This document shows positions 38,003 to 47,612 of a DNA stretch of 64,000 nucleotides, one piece after another. Numbering within the stretch: position 1 is the first letter of the stretch; each line of letters opens with the position of its first letter. The stretch comes from Alphaproteobacteria bacterium. Lineage in GTDB: Bacteria; Pseudomonadota; Alphaproteobacteria; Rickettsiales; UBA3002. Position numbers and translations under genes: made by a program. The notes under the pieces are model-generated. The model was not told the DNA's origin, ran no database searches, and saw only the letters and a list, made by a program, of their open reading frames with translations. The stretch is from positions 66,490-130,489 of the forward strand of contig JAMHWA010000009.1 in the NCBI GenBank assembly GCA_035911175.1. Reading direction: 5' to 3'.

Positions 38003-38974
38003 TTACGCCGCTTTTGCTTCCATGGTGGGGTTCGCCATTGGCTTCAGCCCCAATTTCGCAAACAATGCTTTGTCGCTATCATGGTCGGGGTTTGCGGCGG
38101 TGAGGAGTTTTTCGCCGACGAAAATGGAGTTGGCACCAGCAAAGAAGCACATGGCTTGCAGTTCCTCGCTCATGCCCTCGCGGCCTGCGCTGAGGCGCAC
38201 GAAGGAGTGCGGCATGAGGAGGCGGGCGACGGCGATGGTGCGCACGAACTCGATACCATCGATACGCGGTTTGCCAGCGAGGGGCGTACCCTCGGCGGGG
38301 ATGAGCAGGTTGATGGGCACCGATTCGGGGTGCGCAGGCAGGTTAGCTAATGTTACTAACATCGACGCGCGGTCGGCAACGGTTTCGCCCATGCCCATGA
38401 TGCCGCCGCAGCAGGTTTTCATGCCCGCATCGCGCACGCTGGCGAGGGTGTCGAGCCGATCCTGATAGGTGCGGGTGGTGATGATTTCGTTGTAATATTC
38501 CTCGGAGGTGTCGAGGTTGTGGTTGTAATAATCGAGCCCTGCATGCGCCAGTTCGAGTGCTTGGGCGGGGGTTAGCATGCCCAGCGTGGCGCAGGTTTCA
38601 AGCCCCATGGCCTTCACTTCGCGGATCATGCTGGTGACGGCGGGCATATCGCGCTCTTTCGGGTTGCGCCATGCGGCACCCATGCAGAAACGGCTGGCAC
38701 CGGCGGCTTTGGCGGCGCGGGCATCGGCCAGAACCTTTTCCACTTCCATCAATTTGGTGGCTTTTACGGGCGTATCGAATTTGGCAGATTGGCTGCAATA
38801 GTTGCAATCCTCAGGGCATCCGCCGGTTTTGATGGAGCAAAGCTGCGAGATTTGGACTTCATTGGCATCGAAATTCGCACGGTGCACGGTGGCGGCGCGG
38901 AAAAGCAGCTCGTTCAGCGGCAGCGCGAACAGGGCTTCGACTTCGGGTTTCGTCCAATCATGGCGTAGGGTCAT
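38003..38974 (-). CDS. bioB: Biotin synthase
   Basis: Radical-SAM [10 protein letters not shown] motif with overall BioB-like sequence; 323 aa. Confidence 0.95.
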   Translation of the reverse strand: MTLRHDWTKPEVEALFALPLNELLFRAATVHRANFDANEVQISQLCSIKTGGCPEDCNYCSQSAKFDTPVKATKLMEVEKVLADARAAKAAGASRFCMGAAWRNPKERDMPAVTSMIREVKAMGLETCATLGMLTPAQALELAHAGLDYYNHNLDTSEEYYNEIITTRTYQDRLDTLASVRDAGMKTCCGGIMGMGETVADRASMLVTLANLPAHPESVPINLLIPAEGTPLAGKPRIDGIEFVRTIAVARLLMPHSFVRLSAGREGMSEELQAMCFFAGANSIFVGEKLLTAANPDHDSDKALFAKLGLKPMANPTMEAKAA

Positions 38975-39035
38975 AACAACTCGTTCATTGGTGTTTGCGT
39001 GATTTACCCCGTAATGCTAAGCCTCGCAACGGAAA

Positions 39036-40157
39036 ATGGTGTATTTAGACGAACATTGCGCGGCCGAGCTGCGCCAGATTGAATCGCAACGCTTGCGGCG
39101 TGGCCTTAGGGTGAGCGCGCGGGTGAAGAATCAGGCCGTCACCATTGAGCAAGATGGGCGGCGTTATGTGTCCTTCGCCTGTAATGATTATTTGGGGCTG
39201 CGCAGCCACCCGAAGGTGACGGGCGCAGGCACGTTGGCAGCCGCCAAGTTTGGCGCGGGGGCAGGGGCTTCGCGCCTTGTGACTGGCAATCACCCGTTTT
39301 ACGCCCCGCTGGAGGCAAAACTGGCCGCCATGAAGGGCGCCGAGGCGGCGCTGGTATTTGGCAGCGGCTACCTGACGAATCTCGGTGTTATCCCCGCCCT
39401 CATGAAAAAGGGCGATGTGATTTTTGCTGACAAGCTGGTGCATGCCTGCATTATCGATGCGGCCCAGCTTTCGGGCGCGCGGCTGATTCGGTTTAAGCAC
39501 AACGACATGGCGCACCTAGAGGCGCTGTTGAAGGAGCACCGCGATGAATCGCCCAACGCGCTGATTGTCAGCGACCATGTGTTCAGTATGGATGGTGACG
39601 TGGCGCCGCTGGAGCAAATAGCTGCATTGGCTGAGGCGCATGAATGCTGGACGATGGCCGACGATGCGCATGGCTTGGGCATCGTGAAATCACGCGTGGC
39701 GATTGATGTTTGGATGGGCACGCTGAGCAAATCGGCAGGTGGGTATGGCGGCTATGTGTGTGGCAGCCAAAAGTTGATTGATTATCTGATCAATGGGGCG
39801 CGCAGTTTTATCTTCAGCACAGGATTGCCGCCAGCGCTGTGCGCCTCGTCCATTGCGGCGCTGGAGGTGATGGATGCCCAGCCCGAGCGCGGCGAACGTG
39901 CGATTGCACTGGCGCGGCGGGTGACGGATGCGCTTGGCTTGCCCCCCGCCCAAAGTGCGATTGTGCCCGTGATGCTCGGCACACCTGAGGCAGCGCTGGC
40001 GGCCTCGGAGAAACTAAAAGATCTGGGTATTCTCGCGGTCGCCATTCGCCCACCAACGGTGCCTGTTGGCACGGCGCGCTTGCGACTGGCGTTTAGCTGC
40101 GCGCATAGCGATGAGCAGGTTGACGCGCTGATTGCGGCATTGAGGAGAATAGCATGA
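39036..40157 (+). CDS. bioF: 8-amino-7-oxononanoate synthase
   Basis: Class-II aminotransferase motifs: NDYLGL; DDAHG; GTLSKSAGGYGG (PLP lysine). Confidence 0.9.
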   Translation: MVYLDEHCAAELRQIESQRLRRGLRVSARVKNQAVTIEQDGRRYVSFACNDYLGLRSHPKVTGAGTLAAAKFGAGAGASRLVTGNHPFYAPLEAKLAAMKGAEAALVFGSGYLTNLGVIPALMKKGDVIFADKLVHACIIDAAQLSGARLIRFKHNDMAHLEALLKEHRDESPNALIVSDHVFSMDGDVAPLEQIAALAEAHECWTMADDAHGLGIVKSRVAIDVWMGTLSKSAGGYGGYVCGSQKLIDYLINGARSFIFSTGLPPALCASSIAALEVMDAQPERGERAIALARRVTDALGLPPAQSAIVPVMLGTPEAALAASEKLKDLGILAVAIRPPTVPVGTARLRLAFSCAHSDEQVDALIAALRRIA

Positions 40158-40828
40158 CGACCCTATTACTAAGCGGATGGACACAACCTGCCGATGCCCT
40201 GATACATCTGGCGGACGATGCGGTGTTGTTTGATTATAGTGATTACAAAAATCCCGATGAAGCGATTGAAGCGCTCAGAAAAATTAAGCCACGCCATCTT
40301 GTTGGCTGGTCGATGGGAGGGCAGCTGGCGCTTCGGGCAGTAGCGGCAGGAGCACTAGCGCCCAAGCACTTGACGTTGATTGGCGTGCCGCAGCGTTTTG
40401 TGGGCGAGCATGGCATGGGCGAGGAGACATTTCGCCTGTTTCGCGAGAGCTATGCCGCCGACCCTGAGCGCACGATGACCCGCTTTCACGGCCTGATTGC
40501 CAAGGGTGATGCGCGCATGCGCGAGGTGATGGAGATGCTAGGGCACCACCCCAAGGTGGAGGAAGTGGCGCGCTGGCTGCCATGGCTGGATGATTTGGGG
40601 GCGTATGATTTTTCGCAACGGATGCTTGCATCTACGGCGCCAATCCTTATCATTCACGGTATGAACGATCATATTGTGCCGCATGCGCAGGGCGAACAAC
40701 TGGCGCGACGCTTACCAAGCGCTACCTTGAATAGCTGGGCGAATGTGGGGCATGCGCCGCATGTGCATGACGCGGCGCGCCTGCGTGCTGAAATAGAGGC
40801 ACACCGTGCGATGCATGGGGTTGCCTGA
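40154..40828 (+). CDS. bioH: Pimeloyl-ACP methyl ester esterase (alpha/beta hydrolase)
   Basis: GWSMGG nucleophile elbow and C-terminal HAPH. Position between bioF and bioC, with ATGA overlap. Confidence 0.7.
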   Translation: MTTLLLSGWTQPADALIHLADDAVLFDYSDYKNPDEAIEALRKIKPRHLVGWSMGGQLALRAVAAGALAPKHLTLIGVPQRFVGEHGMGEETFRLFRESYAADPERTMTRFHGLIAKGDARMREVMEMLGHHPKVEEVARWLPWLDDLGAYDFSQRMLASTAPILIIHGMNDHIVPHAQGEQLARRLPSATLNSWANVGHAPHVHDAARLRAEIEAHRAMHGVA

Positions 40829-41601
40829 TGCTGATTGAACGCCAACGCTTACAGGATAATTTTAGCCGCGCCGCCAGCAATTATGATGTGTGCGCCACCC
40901 GCCAGCGCCGCGAAAATCTCAGGGTTTTGGAAGCGGCTTTGGGTGCGCTGCCAGAGGACGCAACGATTGCGGATATTGGTTGCGGCACGGGCTATTTTGC
41001 GGCCGAGGCGCGTGGACGCCGCCCGCATTGGCGGGTGCTGGGCGTGGATATGTCGATGGGGATGTGTGAAATTGCAGGCTTGCGCTGCCAAGCTATTGCA
41101 GGTGACGCAACGCAATTGCCGCTTGCGGATGCTAGTGTGGATGGGGCGGTGAGTTCGCTGTGCTATCAATGGGTGGAAGACCAACCCAAGGCATTCGCCG
41201 AGTTGGCGCGGGTGATGAAGCCCGAAAGCCAAGCCATCATAGCGACGCTGGGGGAAATGACGCTGCACGAACTGCGCGGCTGTGCGCAGCAGGCCGAATT
41301 GCCGTTGAGTTTGTTGCCGATGCGTAATTTTGCTGCCCACAAAGCCATGTTGGCGGTGGCGGGGCTTGAGGTGGTACAGGCCGAACGACGCGTGCTGACC
41401 GAGCACTATGCTAGCGTGACTGAGCTGCTGGAATCGATGCGCAGTATTGGTGCAGGGAATAACTTTGGCCTGAAATCGCGCCATTTTGTGGGGCCAAAGC
41501 GTTGGGCGGCCATGGAAGCGCACTACGAGAAATTGCGCACCGAACATGGCGTTCCCGCAACGTGGGAGCACCAATTCTTCATTCTTCGTAAACCCGCATG
41601 A
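40828..41601 (+). CDS. bioC: Malonyl-ACP O-methyltransferase
   Basis: SAM motif IADIGCGTGYF, within the bio operon. Confidence 0.78.
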   Translation: MLIERQRLQDNFSRAASNYDVCATRQRRENLRVLEAALGALPEDATIADIGCGTGYFAAEARGRRPHWRVLGVDMSMGMCEIAGLRCQAIAGDATQLPLADASVDGAVSSLCYQWVEDQPKAFAELARVMKPESQAIIATLGEMTLHELRGCAQQAELPLSLLPMRNFAAHKAMLAVAGLEVVQAERRVLTEHYASVTELLESMRSIGAGNNFGLKSRHFVGPKRWAAMEAHYEKLRTEHGVPATWEHQFFILRKPA

Positions 41602-42254
41602 CGACCTATTTTGTGGCAGGCACAGGGACGGGGGTTGGTAAAACCTTCACCACCTGCGCGCTGCTTCATGCAGCTAATCAACGCGCGCAAGCAGTGCGAG
41701 GGTTTAAGCCAGTGTTAAGTGGCTGGGATGGCAACGACGACAATGATGCAGCGCAGATTTTGGCGGCTAATCGGCATACGCAAAGGTTAGAAGAAGTTGC
41801 GCCGTGGCGCTTTGTGGCACCACTTTCACCTCACCGTGCGGCAGCGCTGGAGGGTAAATCCATCGACACGGATGCGCTGATTGCGTGGACGCGCGCACAG
41901 ATGGGCGGTGAGGGCGTGACACTGATTGAAACGGTAGGCGGGGTGATGGTGCCGCTGACGAATGATTTTACGACGCTCGACTGGATGGAAGCGGTGGCTG
42001 CGCCTGTGGTTTTGGTCACTGGTAGCTATCTTGGTAGCATTAGCCATACGCTGACGGCGCTGGCGGCGCTGCGTTCGCGTAACCTGAATGTGGCTGCGCT
42101 GGTGATGAATGAAGCCGAGGGTAGCAGTGTCACACTTGCTGAGGCAGAAGCGGGTTTAGCCCCCTTTATACAAGATATTCCGTTGCAGATTATACAGCCA
42201 CGCGTATCCTCGTGGCAGCAGGCATCCGCCATTCATACGCTGGAGTTGGTATGA
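41598..42254 (+). CDS. bioD: Dethiobiotin synthetase
   Basis: FVAGTGTGVGKTF P-loop and LIETVGG. Confidence 0.9.
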   Translation: MTTYFVAGTGTGVGKTFTTCALLHAANQRAQAVRGFKPVLSGWDGNDDNDAAQILAANRHTQRLEEVAPWRFVAPLSPHRAAALEGKSIDTDALIAWTRAQMGGEGVTLIETVGGVMVPLTNDFTTLDWMEAVAAPVVLVTGSYLGSISHTLTALAALRSRNLNVAALVMNEAEGSSVTLAEAEAGLAPFIQDIPLQIIQPRVSSWQQASAIHTLELV

Positions 42255-42934
42255 TCCAAAATTTCTTAATGATGTATCCGTTCGGCCAAAAGAAGCCGCA
42301 TGAAGGCCCGCGCTATGGCGATATGTATGAGCGTAGCATGGCGGCGATGATCGATTTGGGGCTCGTTTTTGTGGTGCTGAAAGATATCGTTTTCGATCCG
42401 CTTACACGGTTTTTCTATGCGCAGGGCGACCATGCCATCTTTAATGCAATGCCTCAGCGGCCAACTTTTTCGGAGTTTATAAATGCAGCGTGGGATTCGT
42501 ACATGTTGCAGCTATGGTTTCTCAATGGGCTTGCGCAGTTATTCATTATTGGATTCTTTGTGGTTGGGTTTCAAATCACCTACCAGACAACCCCCGGCAA
42601 ATGGTTGCTGGGTCTGAAAATAATGCGCCATAACTCGGATGAGCCCGTTAGTGCCGCCCGCTATATTCTGCGGTTTTTTGGCTATTGTGTGGCCTGCGCC
42701 CCGCTGATGATTGGTATGTTGTGGGGAATGTTCAACAAGCAGCGGCGCGGCTGGCATGATTACATCGCAGGAACCGTGGTCATTAATACGCGCCCGCATG
42801 GCTGGTATTGGCAGAAAATAAAACAGGGCTTCCGTTGGGTGTGGGCGAAATTATTCCCCGCGCGGGCGGTAGAAAATACGGTGGCCGAGCCAACCGCCGA
42901 GCAGCGCCATGAGGATGGCGATAAGCCCGTATAA
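42251..42934 (+). CDS. RDD-family membrane protein
   Basis: R..D..D pattern: ERSMAAMIDLGLVF ... RRGWHDYIAGTVVI. ATGA overlap with the bioD stop. Confidence 0.7.
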   Translation: MIQNFLMMYPFGQKKPHEGPRYGDMYERSMAAMIDLGLVFVVLKDIVFDPLTRFFYAQGDHAIFNAMPQRPTFSEFINAAWDSYMLQLWFLNGLAQLFIIGFFVVGFQITYQTTPGKWLLGLKIMRHNSDEPVSAARYILRFFGYCVACAPLMIGMLWGMFNKQRRGWHDYIAGTVVINTRPHGWYWQKIKQGFRWVWAKLFPARAVENTVAEPTAEQRHEDGDKPV

Positions 42935-43609
42935 GGCGCCATGCTTCGCGGCTGCATTGGCAACCGCTGCGTCGAACCCCGTTTTCGAGGTGGTGAGCGG
43001 AATCATCTGGAAGCCCACCAACTTGCCACGATTGAACAGGTATACTTCTGCGGTATAGCTGCCACTTGGCAGTGTATCGGGTAAATCGATGCGCGCCTTG
43101 AACAGGCTTTCGCCGAAATAGGTCACCTTGCCAAAGGGCGATTGCCACCACGATTTATGCTTGAATGACTCGGCAAGCGCGTTGTCGAACACTTCATCGG
43201 GGGTGGCATTTGCTGCTTGGATGATGCGGTTTTCGCCAAGGCCAAGGGATTGCAGCAGCGCAGGCGGAGCAAGGCGGTTGAGCGGCTTGGTCGAGGCGAT
43301 GCCATAAAAAACAGGTAAGCCAAAATATTTACGCTGATCGACATGCATCCACATGCCTGCGATGCGGTCTTTGCGCCGCAAACGGGCGTTGATTTTTGGG
43401 CCACGTAGCGCCACGACAATATCGCCCGCCACATTGCGCGCCCCAAAGACGAGTAGCTGTGTGCCATTAAAATCGGAGCGAATTTCGATGGCGTTCTGCG
43501 ACAGGTCGGCAATCAACGGGGTGTTAAGGTTAACGGGCGCAGAATCCTGCCCATGGCAAGAAAAGGCGAGTAGTATGATGCTGAGCAATAAGGGGCGCAA
43601 GGGCTTCAT
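42851..43609 (-). CDS. Alph_Pro_TM (TIGR02186-like) secreted, C-terminally anchored protein
   Basis: Signal peptide, LSQNAIEIRSDFNGTQLLVFGAR ... and a C-terminal TM helix. It is coupled (ATGA) to the upstream TauE/SafE gene, as is typical of this family from memory. Confidence 0.6.
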   Translation of the reverse strand: MKPLRPLLLSIILLAFSCHGQDSAPVNLNTPLIADLSQNAIEIRSDFNGTQLLVFGARNVAGDIVVALRGPKINARLRRKDRIAGMWMHVDQRKYFGLPVFYGIASTKPLNRLAPPALLQSLGLGENRIIQAANATPDEVFDNALAESFKHKSWWQSPFGKVTYFGESLFKARIDLPDTLPSGSYTAEVYLFNRGKLVGFQMIPLTTSKTGFDAAVANAAAKHGALYGLIAILMALLGGWLGHRIFYRPRGE

Positions 43610-44529
43610 GGCGCACTCGTGATGAGGGTAAAGATTTCACTCGGCGTAATAAACAGGCCATAGGCCAACCGCCCTGCAACGATGAGGAGTAAGCCTGCCA
43701 GCATTAATTTGAGAAGGTGGTTTGGGATGTGGTGGCCGAGCCGAGAGCCATATTGCGCGCCAACGACCGAACCTATGAGCAGTAGCCCTGCGAGCACAAT
43801 ATCGACCGTGTGGGTGCTGAGAGCATGCAGCAACGTGGCAACCGCCGTGATGAAAATGATTTGGAATAGCGAGGTGCCTACGGTGACAGTCACAGGCATG
43901 CGCAGAATGTAGAGCATCATGGGGATCATGATGAAGCCGCCACCGATGCCAAGCAAGCCAACCAAGATGCCTGAAAACAGGCCGACCACCATAGGCACAA
44001 ACGCGCTATGAGTAACCTCGGAACGTTTGAAGTGGGTTTGCCATGGGAGGTTGGTGATCCATTGTGGTAGCTCGATTGCTGTCACATGGTGCTTGTCGCT
44101 GCCTGCCGCCCGCGAGCGGATAATATGGCGTGCTTCGCGCAGCATGAGGATGCTGATGGTTACCAGTAGCGATATGTAGAGCAAGGTAATCATTAAATCG
44201 ACCTGACCGATTTTTTGCATCCACGCAAATGACCAAACGCCAAGGGAGACGCCTAGCAGGCCGCCACCAATGAGGTAGATACCCATAGGAATATCGACCC
44301 GCTTATGTTTGAAGTGGCTGAGGAAGCCCGAGAAGGAGGAGGCCACGATCATGTTGGTGGAGGTGGCTACGGAAACGGCAGGGGGAATGCCCATGAAGAT
44401 GAGCATGGGGGTGAGGATGAAGCCGCCGCCAATGCCAAAAATGCCCGATAACAAGCCCGCAACGCCACCCAGCAAAATCAAGTGAATCGCATTGGTGGAA
44501 AGCTCTGCAATGGGCAGATAAAGGTGCAT
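43606..44529 (-). CDS. TauE/SafE (DUF81) family anion exporter
   Basis: 307 aa, about 8 TM helices, with duplicated GIGGGFI(L/M)xPM motifs. Confidence 0.8.
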   Translation of the reverse strand: MHLYLPIAELSTNAIHLILLGGVAGLLSGIFGIGGGFILTPMLIFMGIPPAVSVATSTNMIVASSFSGFLSHFKHKRVDIPMGIYLIGGGLLGVSLGVWSFAWMQKIGQVDLMITLLYISLLVTISILMLREARHIIRSRAAGSDKHHVTAIELPQWITNLPWQTHFKRSEVTHSAFVPMVVGLFSGILVGLLGIGGGFIMIPMMLYILRMPVTVTVGTSLFQIIFITAVATLLHALSTHTVDIVLAGLLLIGSVVGAQYGSRLGHHIPNHLLKLMLAGLLLIVAGRLAYGLFITPSEIFTLITSAP

Positions 44530-44530
44530 A

Positions 44531-45115
44531 TTATCTCAGGTAGGTGCTAAAATATTGGCGTAGGCGTGCGTTCGCCTCGCTATCGAAGTTCATCATCATC
44601 TCGGAGAGCATTTGGTGATAAACGGCCTCGCGCTGGTTCACGCTGGCGCTTTCGTTGATGGTTTGGTTGCGGGTGATGACCACGTTGCCGCTGGCGGTTG
44701 AGAGCGCGTCAGTGCCATTAAAGGCGCGGAAGGTGACGTTGATGCGGGCGTCGTAGCGCGCATCTTGGTCGTCGGTGAAGATGCCTTTGACGCCCTTGGT
44801 TTTTGCTAGCGCTGTTTCTTTGGCGGAGGCGTCCTCGATCACCACTTCGAGTATGCCTTTGGTGCCGCTGGCGCGCAGGCGGCTATTGGCCCATTTGCGA
44901 ACTGCATTGGCGGGGGAAACGGGAAAATCCTGCTCGACATTCGGGCGGCGCATGGGGGCTTGGTAGGCATCGGTAATGCGAATTTCGGCGACGTTGACGT
45001 TAAGTGGCGCCATGCGGTTCACCTCGAACGCAAATGGGCGCGGGCTGAAGGCTTCTGGCGCGTTCTGGCAGGCGCTGAGGGCAAGGGCGAGGGTGGCAAT
45101 GAGTAGTTTTTTCAT
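44531..45115 (-). CDS. Lipoprotein, unknown function
   Basis: Lipobox LALALSAC. It is the first gene of the tight lipoprotein-TauE-Alph_Pro_TM operon. Confidence 0.6.
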   Translation of the reverse strand: MKKLLIATLALALSACQNAPEAFSPRPFAFEVNRMAPLNVNVAEIRITDAYQAPMRRPNVEQDFPVSPANAVRKWANSRLRASGTKGILEVVIEDASAKETALAKTKGVKGIFTDDQDARYDARINVTFRAFNGTDALSTASGNVVITRNQTINESASVNQREAVYHQMLSEMMMNFDSEANARLRQYFSTYLR

Positions 45116-45167
45116 ATTCTTCTCCTACATTGGCATGTCTAGCACGCGTGTGGACACAGCGAAAGGT

Positions 45168-45815
45168 TCATTTTGCCTGAAGCCATGCATAAGGCGCGGC
45201 GGCAATTGCATCGGGCGGGCGAATGTAAAGCGGCATCGCATTAGCAAGAGTGGTGGTGGGCAGGTGCTCGGCAATGGCGCAAAGCACGGCGGCGTCGGGT
45301 CCGTGGAGGAAGAACGCATCCTCGGTGGGTAGGTGGTTGCCAAAGCAGGGTGCATCCCACGCGGTGAAGGTTTCGGGCACAAGGGTGATGTCGCCACTTG
45401 TGATTGGGGTGTTGTCGCTTCGTTGAAAACGCTGTGCATACACCTCGCCCTTGCCAGCGCGCAGGGCGATGAAAAAGTCAGCAGGAGCGTGGGTCTGTAA
45501 CGAAACAGCCCATGCCATGGCCTCGAGCGTGGTGACGGTTTTGATGGCGGTGGGGTGTGCCAACGCCAAGCCATGCAGCGCCGCCAAGCCAATGCGCACC
45601 CCCGTGAAGCTGCCCGGCCCAACAGTGGTGACGAGGGCGGCAAGGGCGCTATATGCCACGCCGTGCGCCTTCATGAGAGCGTCGATGGCGGGGATAAGCT
45701 CCGCGGCTTCCTTGGTTTGGCTGAGGCGGTGGGTGTGGCTGATGCCGCTTACATGCAAGGTAACGCTGCCACCAACACAGGCGCAATCGAAGGCTAAAAT
45801 GGGTTTTGTGTTCAT
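45168..45815 (-). CDS. tsaB: tRNA t6A37 biosynthesis protein TsaB
   Basis: ILAFDCACVGGSV ... TVGPGSFTGVRIGLAALHGLALA. Start at ATG 45815. Confidence 0.85.
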   Translation of the reverse strand: MNTKPILAFDCACVGGSVTLHVSGISHTHRLSQTKEAAELIPAIDALMKAHGVAYSALAALVTTVGPGSFTGVRIGLAALHGLALAHPTAIKTVTTLEAMAWAVSLQTHAPADFFIALRAGKGEVYAQRFQRSDNTPITSGDITLVPETFTAWDAPCFGNHLPTEDAFFLHGPDAAVLCAIAEHLPTTTLANAMPLYIRPPDAIAAAPYAWLQAK

Positions 45816-45836
45816 GATTTTTTCTATATACAGTTT

Positions 45837-45862
45837 GTCGCTTATGCGAAAGCAGGAATGAC
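45837..45862. repeat. REP-like palindromic element, copy 3 (degenerate; minus-strand GTCATTCCTGCTTTCGCATAAGCGAC)
   Basis: Shares the GTCATTCC(A/T)GCTTTCGC core with copies 1 and 2. Lies in the tsaB/PCD divergent region. Confidence 0.5.
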
Positions 45863-45874
45863 AAGGAACGAGCC

Positions 45875-46195
45875 ATGACCATCGTGAATGAACATTGCAA
45901 GCCGTGCCGCAAGGGGGAGGGCAAACTCTCTGGCCAAGAGGCAATGATGCTGATGGGCGAGCTGGAGGATTGGACATTCTACCCCGACCGCATTGAAAAG
46001 CGCTGGGAGTTCAAGAATTTTACGCAAGCATTGGGGCTGGTGGCCAAGGTGGCAGAGATTGCGCATGTGCAGGATCACCACCCTGAAATCCGCTTCGGTT
46101 GGGGCTATGTGGAGTTGGTGTTGAATACCCATTCAGTCGGGGGCTTGAGCCGCAATGACTTCATTGTAGCGGCGAAGATTGACGCGGTGGCGTGA
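45875..46195 (+). CDS. phhB: Pterin-4-alpha-carbinolamine dehydratase
   Basis: 106 aa; HHPEI ... motif and the overall PCD pattern (W..F ... A.. V..A..E.HHP). Confidence 0.85.
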   Translation: MTIVNEHCKPCRKGEGKLSGQEAMMLMGELEDWTFYPDRIEKRWEFKNFTQALGLVAKVAEIAHVQDHHPEIRFGWGYVELVLNTHSVGGLSRNDFIVAAKIDAVA

Positions 46196-46215
46196 ACTGC
46201 AGTAAACCCGCGCGC

Positions 46216-47583
46216 ATGAGCAAAAAACTCTACATCAAAACCTATGGCTGCCAGATGAACGTGTATGATAGCACGCGCATGGCCGATGTGTTGGCGCCGC
46301 TGGGCTATGTGGAGAGTGACTCGCCCGAGGATGCGGATCTGGTGATTTTGAACACCTGCCACATCCGCGAGAAGGCGGCGGAGAAAATGTATTCTGACCT
46401 TGGCCGTGCGCGGCTGCACAAGGTGGCTCACGCGGAGCAGGGCAAACGCACCATGATTGCCGTGGCAGGCTGCACCGCACAGGCGGAAGGCGAGGAAATT
46501 CTTGCCCGCGCGCCGTATGTGGATGTGGTGGTGGGCCCGCAGAGTTATCATACGCTGCCCGATTTGATTGCACAGGTGGAGGCGACGCAAAAGAGTGTCG
46601 TGAACCTTGAATTTATCGAGGAAGAAAAATTCGATTTGCTGCCTGAGTCGCTGCAACCGCAAGGCTCCAGCGCGTTTGTGTCGATTCAAGAAGGGTGCGA
46701 TAAATTCTGCACATTCTGTGTGGTGCCCTACACGCGCGGCGGCGAGTTTTCGCGGCCAGTGGATGCGATTATGCGTGAGGTGGAAACGCACCTGAAGCAA
46801 GGCGCCATTGAGATTGCGCTGCTGGGGCAGAATGTGAATGCCTATCACGGTATGGATGAGGCGGGGCAGGAGATCGGCCTTGCGGAATTAATACGTAAAG
46901 TCGCCAGTCTTGATGGCATTGCGCGCATTCGCTACACCACCAGCCACCCGCGCGACATGGATGATGATTTGATTGCCGTGCATGGGCAGGTGAAAAACCT
47001 GATGCCGATGCTGCATTTGCCGGTGCAATCGGGTTCTGACCGCATTTTGAAGGCGATGAACCGGAAGCACACGGCCGCCGATTACATTGCGATTATTGAG
47101 CGCCTGCGCGCAGCGCGGCCAGATATAGCGTTCAGCTCGGATTTTATTGTCGGCTTCCCTGGGGAAACGGATGCGGATTTTGAGGATACGCTGAAGCTGG
47201 TGGAGACTGTGGGCTTTGCGGGCAGTTATGTGTTCAAATATTCGCCCCGCCCCGGCACCCCCGCTGCCGAAAAGGCCGAGCAGGTGCCTGATGCGGTGAT
47301 GGATGATCGCATGCAGCGCTTGATGAAACTGATTTCCACCCAACAGCTACGCTTTAATCGGCAGATGGTGGGCACCACCCAGCCTGTACTCATCGAGCGG
47401 CTAGGGCGTAAGGACGGCCAAGTGATTGGCAAAACGCCATGGATGCAATCCGTGGTGCTTGAGAACGCTGTGCACATGATGGGCTGCCTCGTTGACGTGG
47501 CTATTTCCGAGGCTTACGAATTTAGCTTGAAGGGCGAAATTGTTGGGCAGCAGGCTCGCATGAATCGTGGGGAAGCTGCCTAG
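46216..47583 (+). CDS. miaB: tRNA-2-methylthio-N6-dimethylallyladenosine synthase
   Basis: KKLYIKTYGCQMNVYDS; radical-SAM CDKFCTFC; TRAM-like C-terminus. Confidence 0.93.
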   Translation: MSKKLYIKTYGCQMNVYDSTRMADVLAPLGYVESDSPEDADLVILNTCHIREKAAEKMYSDLGRARLHKVAHAEQGKRTMIAVAGCTAQAEGEEILARAPYVDVVVGPQSYHTLPDLIAQVEATQKSVVNLEFIEEEKFDLLPESLQPQGSSAFVSIQEGCDKFCTFCVVPYTRGGEFSRPVDAIMREVETHLKQGAIEIALLGQNVNAYHGMDEAGQEIGLAELIRKVASLDGIARIRYTTSHPRDMDDDLIAVHGQVKNLMPMLHLPVQSGSDRILKAMNRKHTAADYIAIIERLRAARPDIAFSSDFIVGFPGETDADFEDTLKLVETVGFAGSYVFKYSPRPGTPAAEKAEQVPDAVMDDRMQRLMKLISTQQLRFNRQMVGTTQPVLIERLGRKDGQVIGKTPWMQSVVLENAVHMMGCLVDVAISEAYEFSLKGEIVGQQARMNRGEAA

Positions 47584-47612
47584 TCGCCGCCTAAACTCTG
47601 GCTGGAGCACCC

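Noticed and set aside
38975-39035. Biotin operator (BirA or BioR-type TTATMKATAA palindrome) in the bioB/bioF divergent region, and upstream of bioA (37251-37353).
   Set aside because: No clear palindrome or match to the motifs I remember. It cannot be supported from sequence alone.
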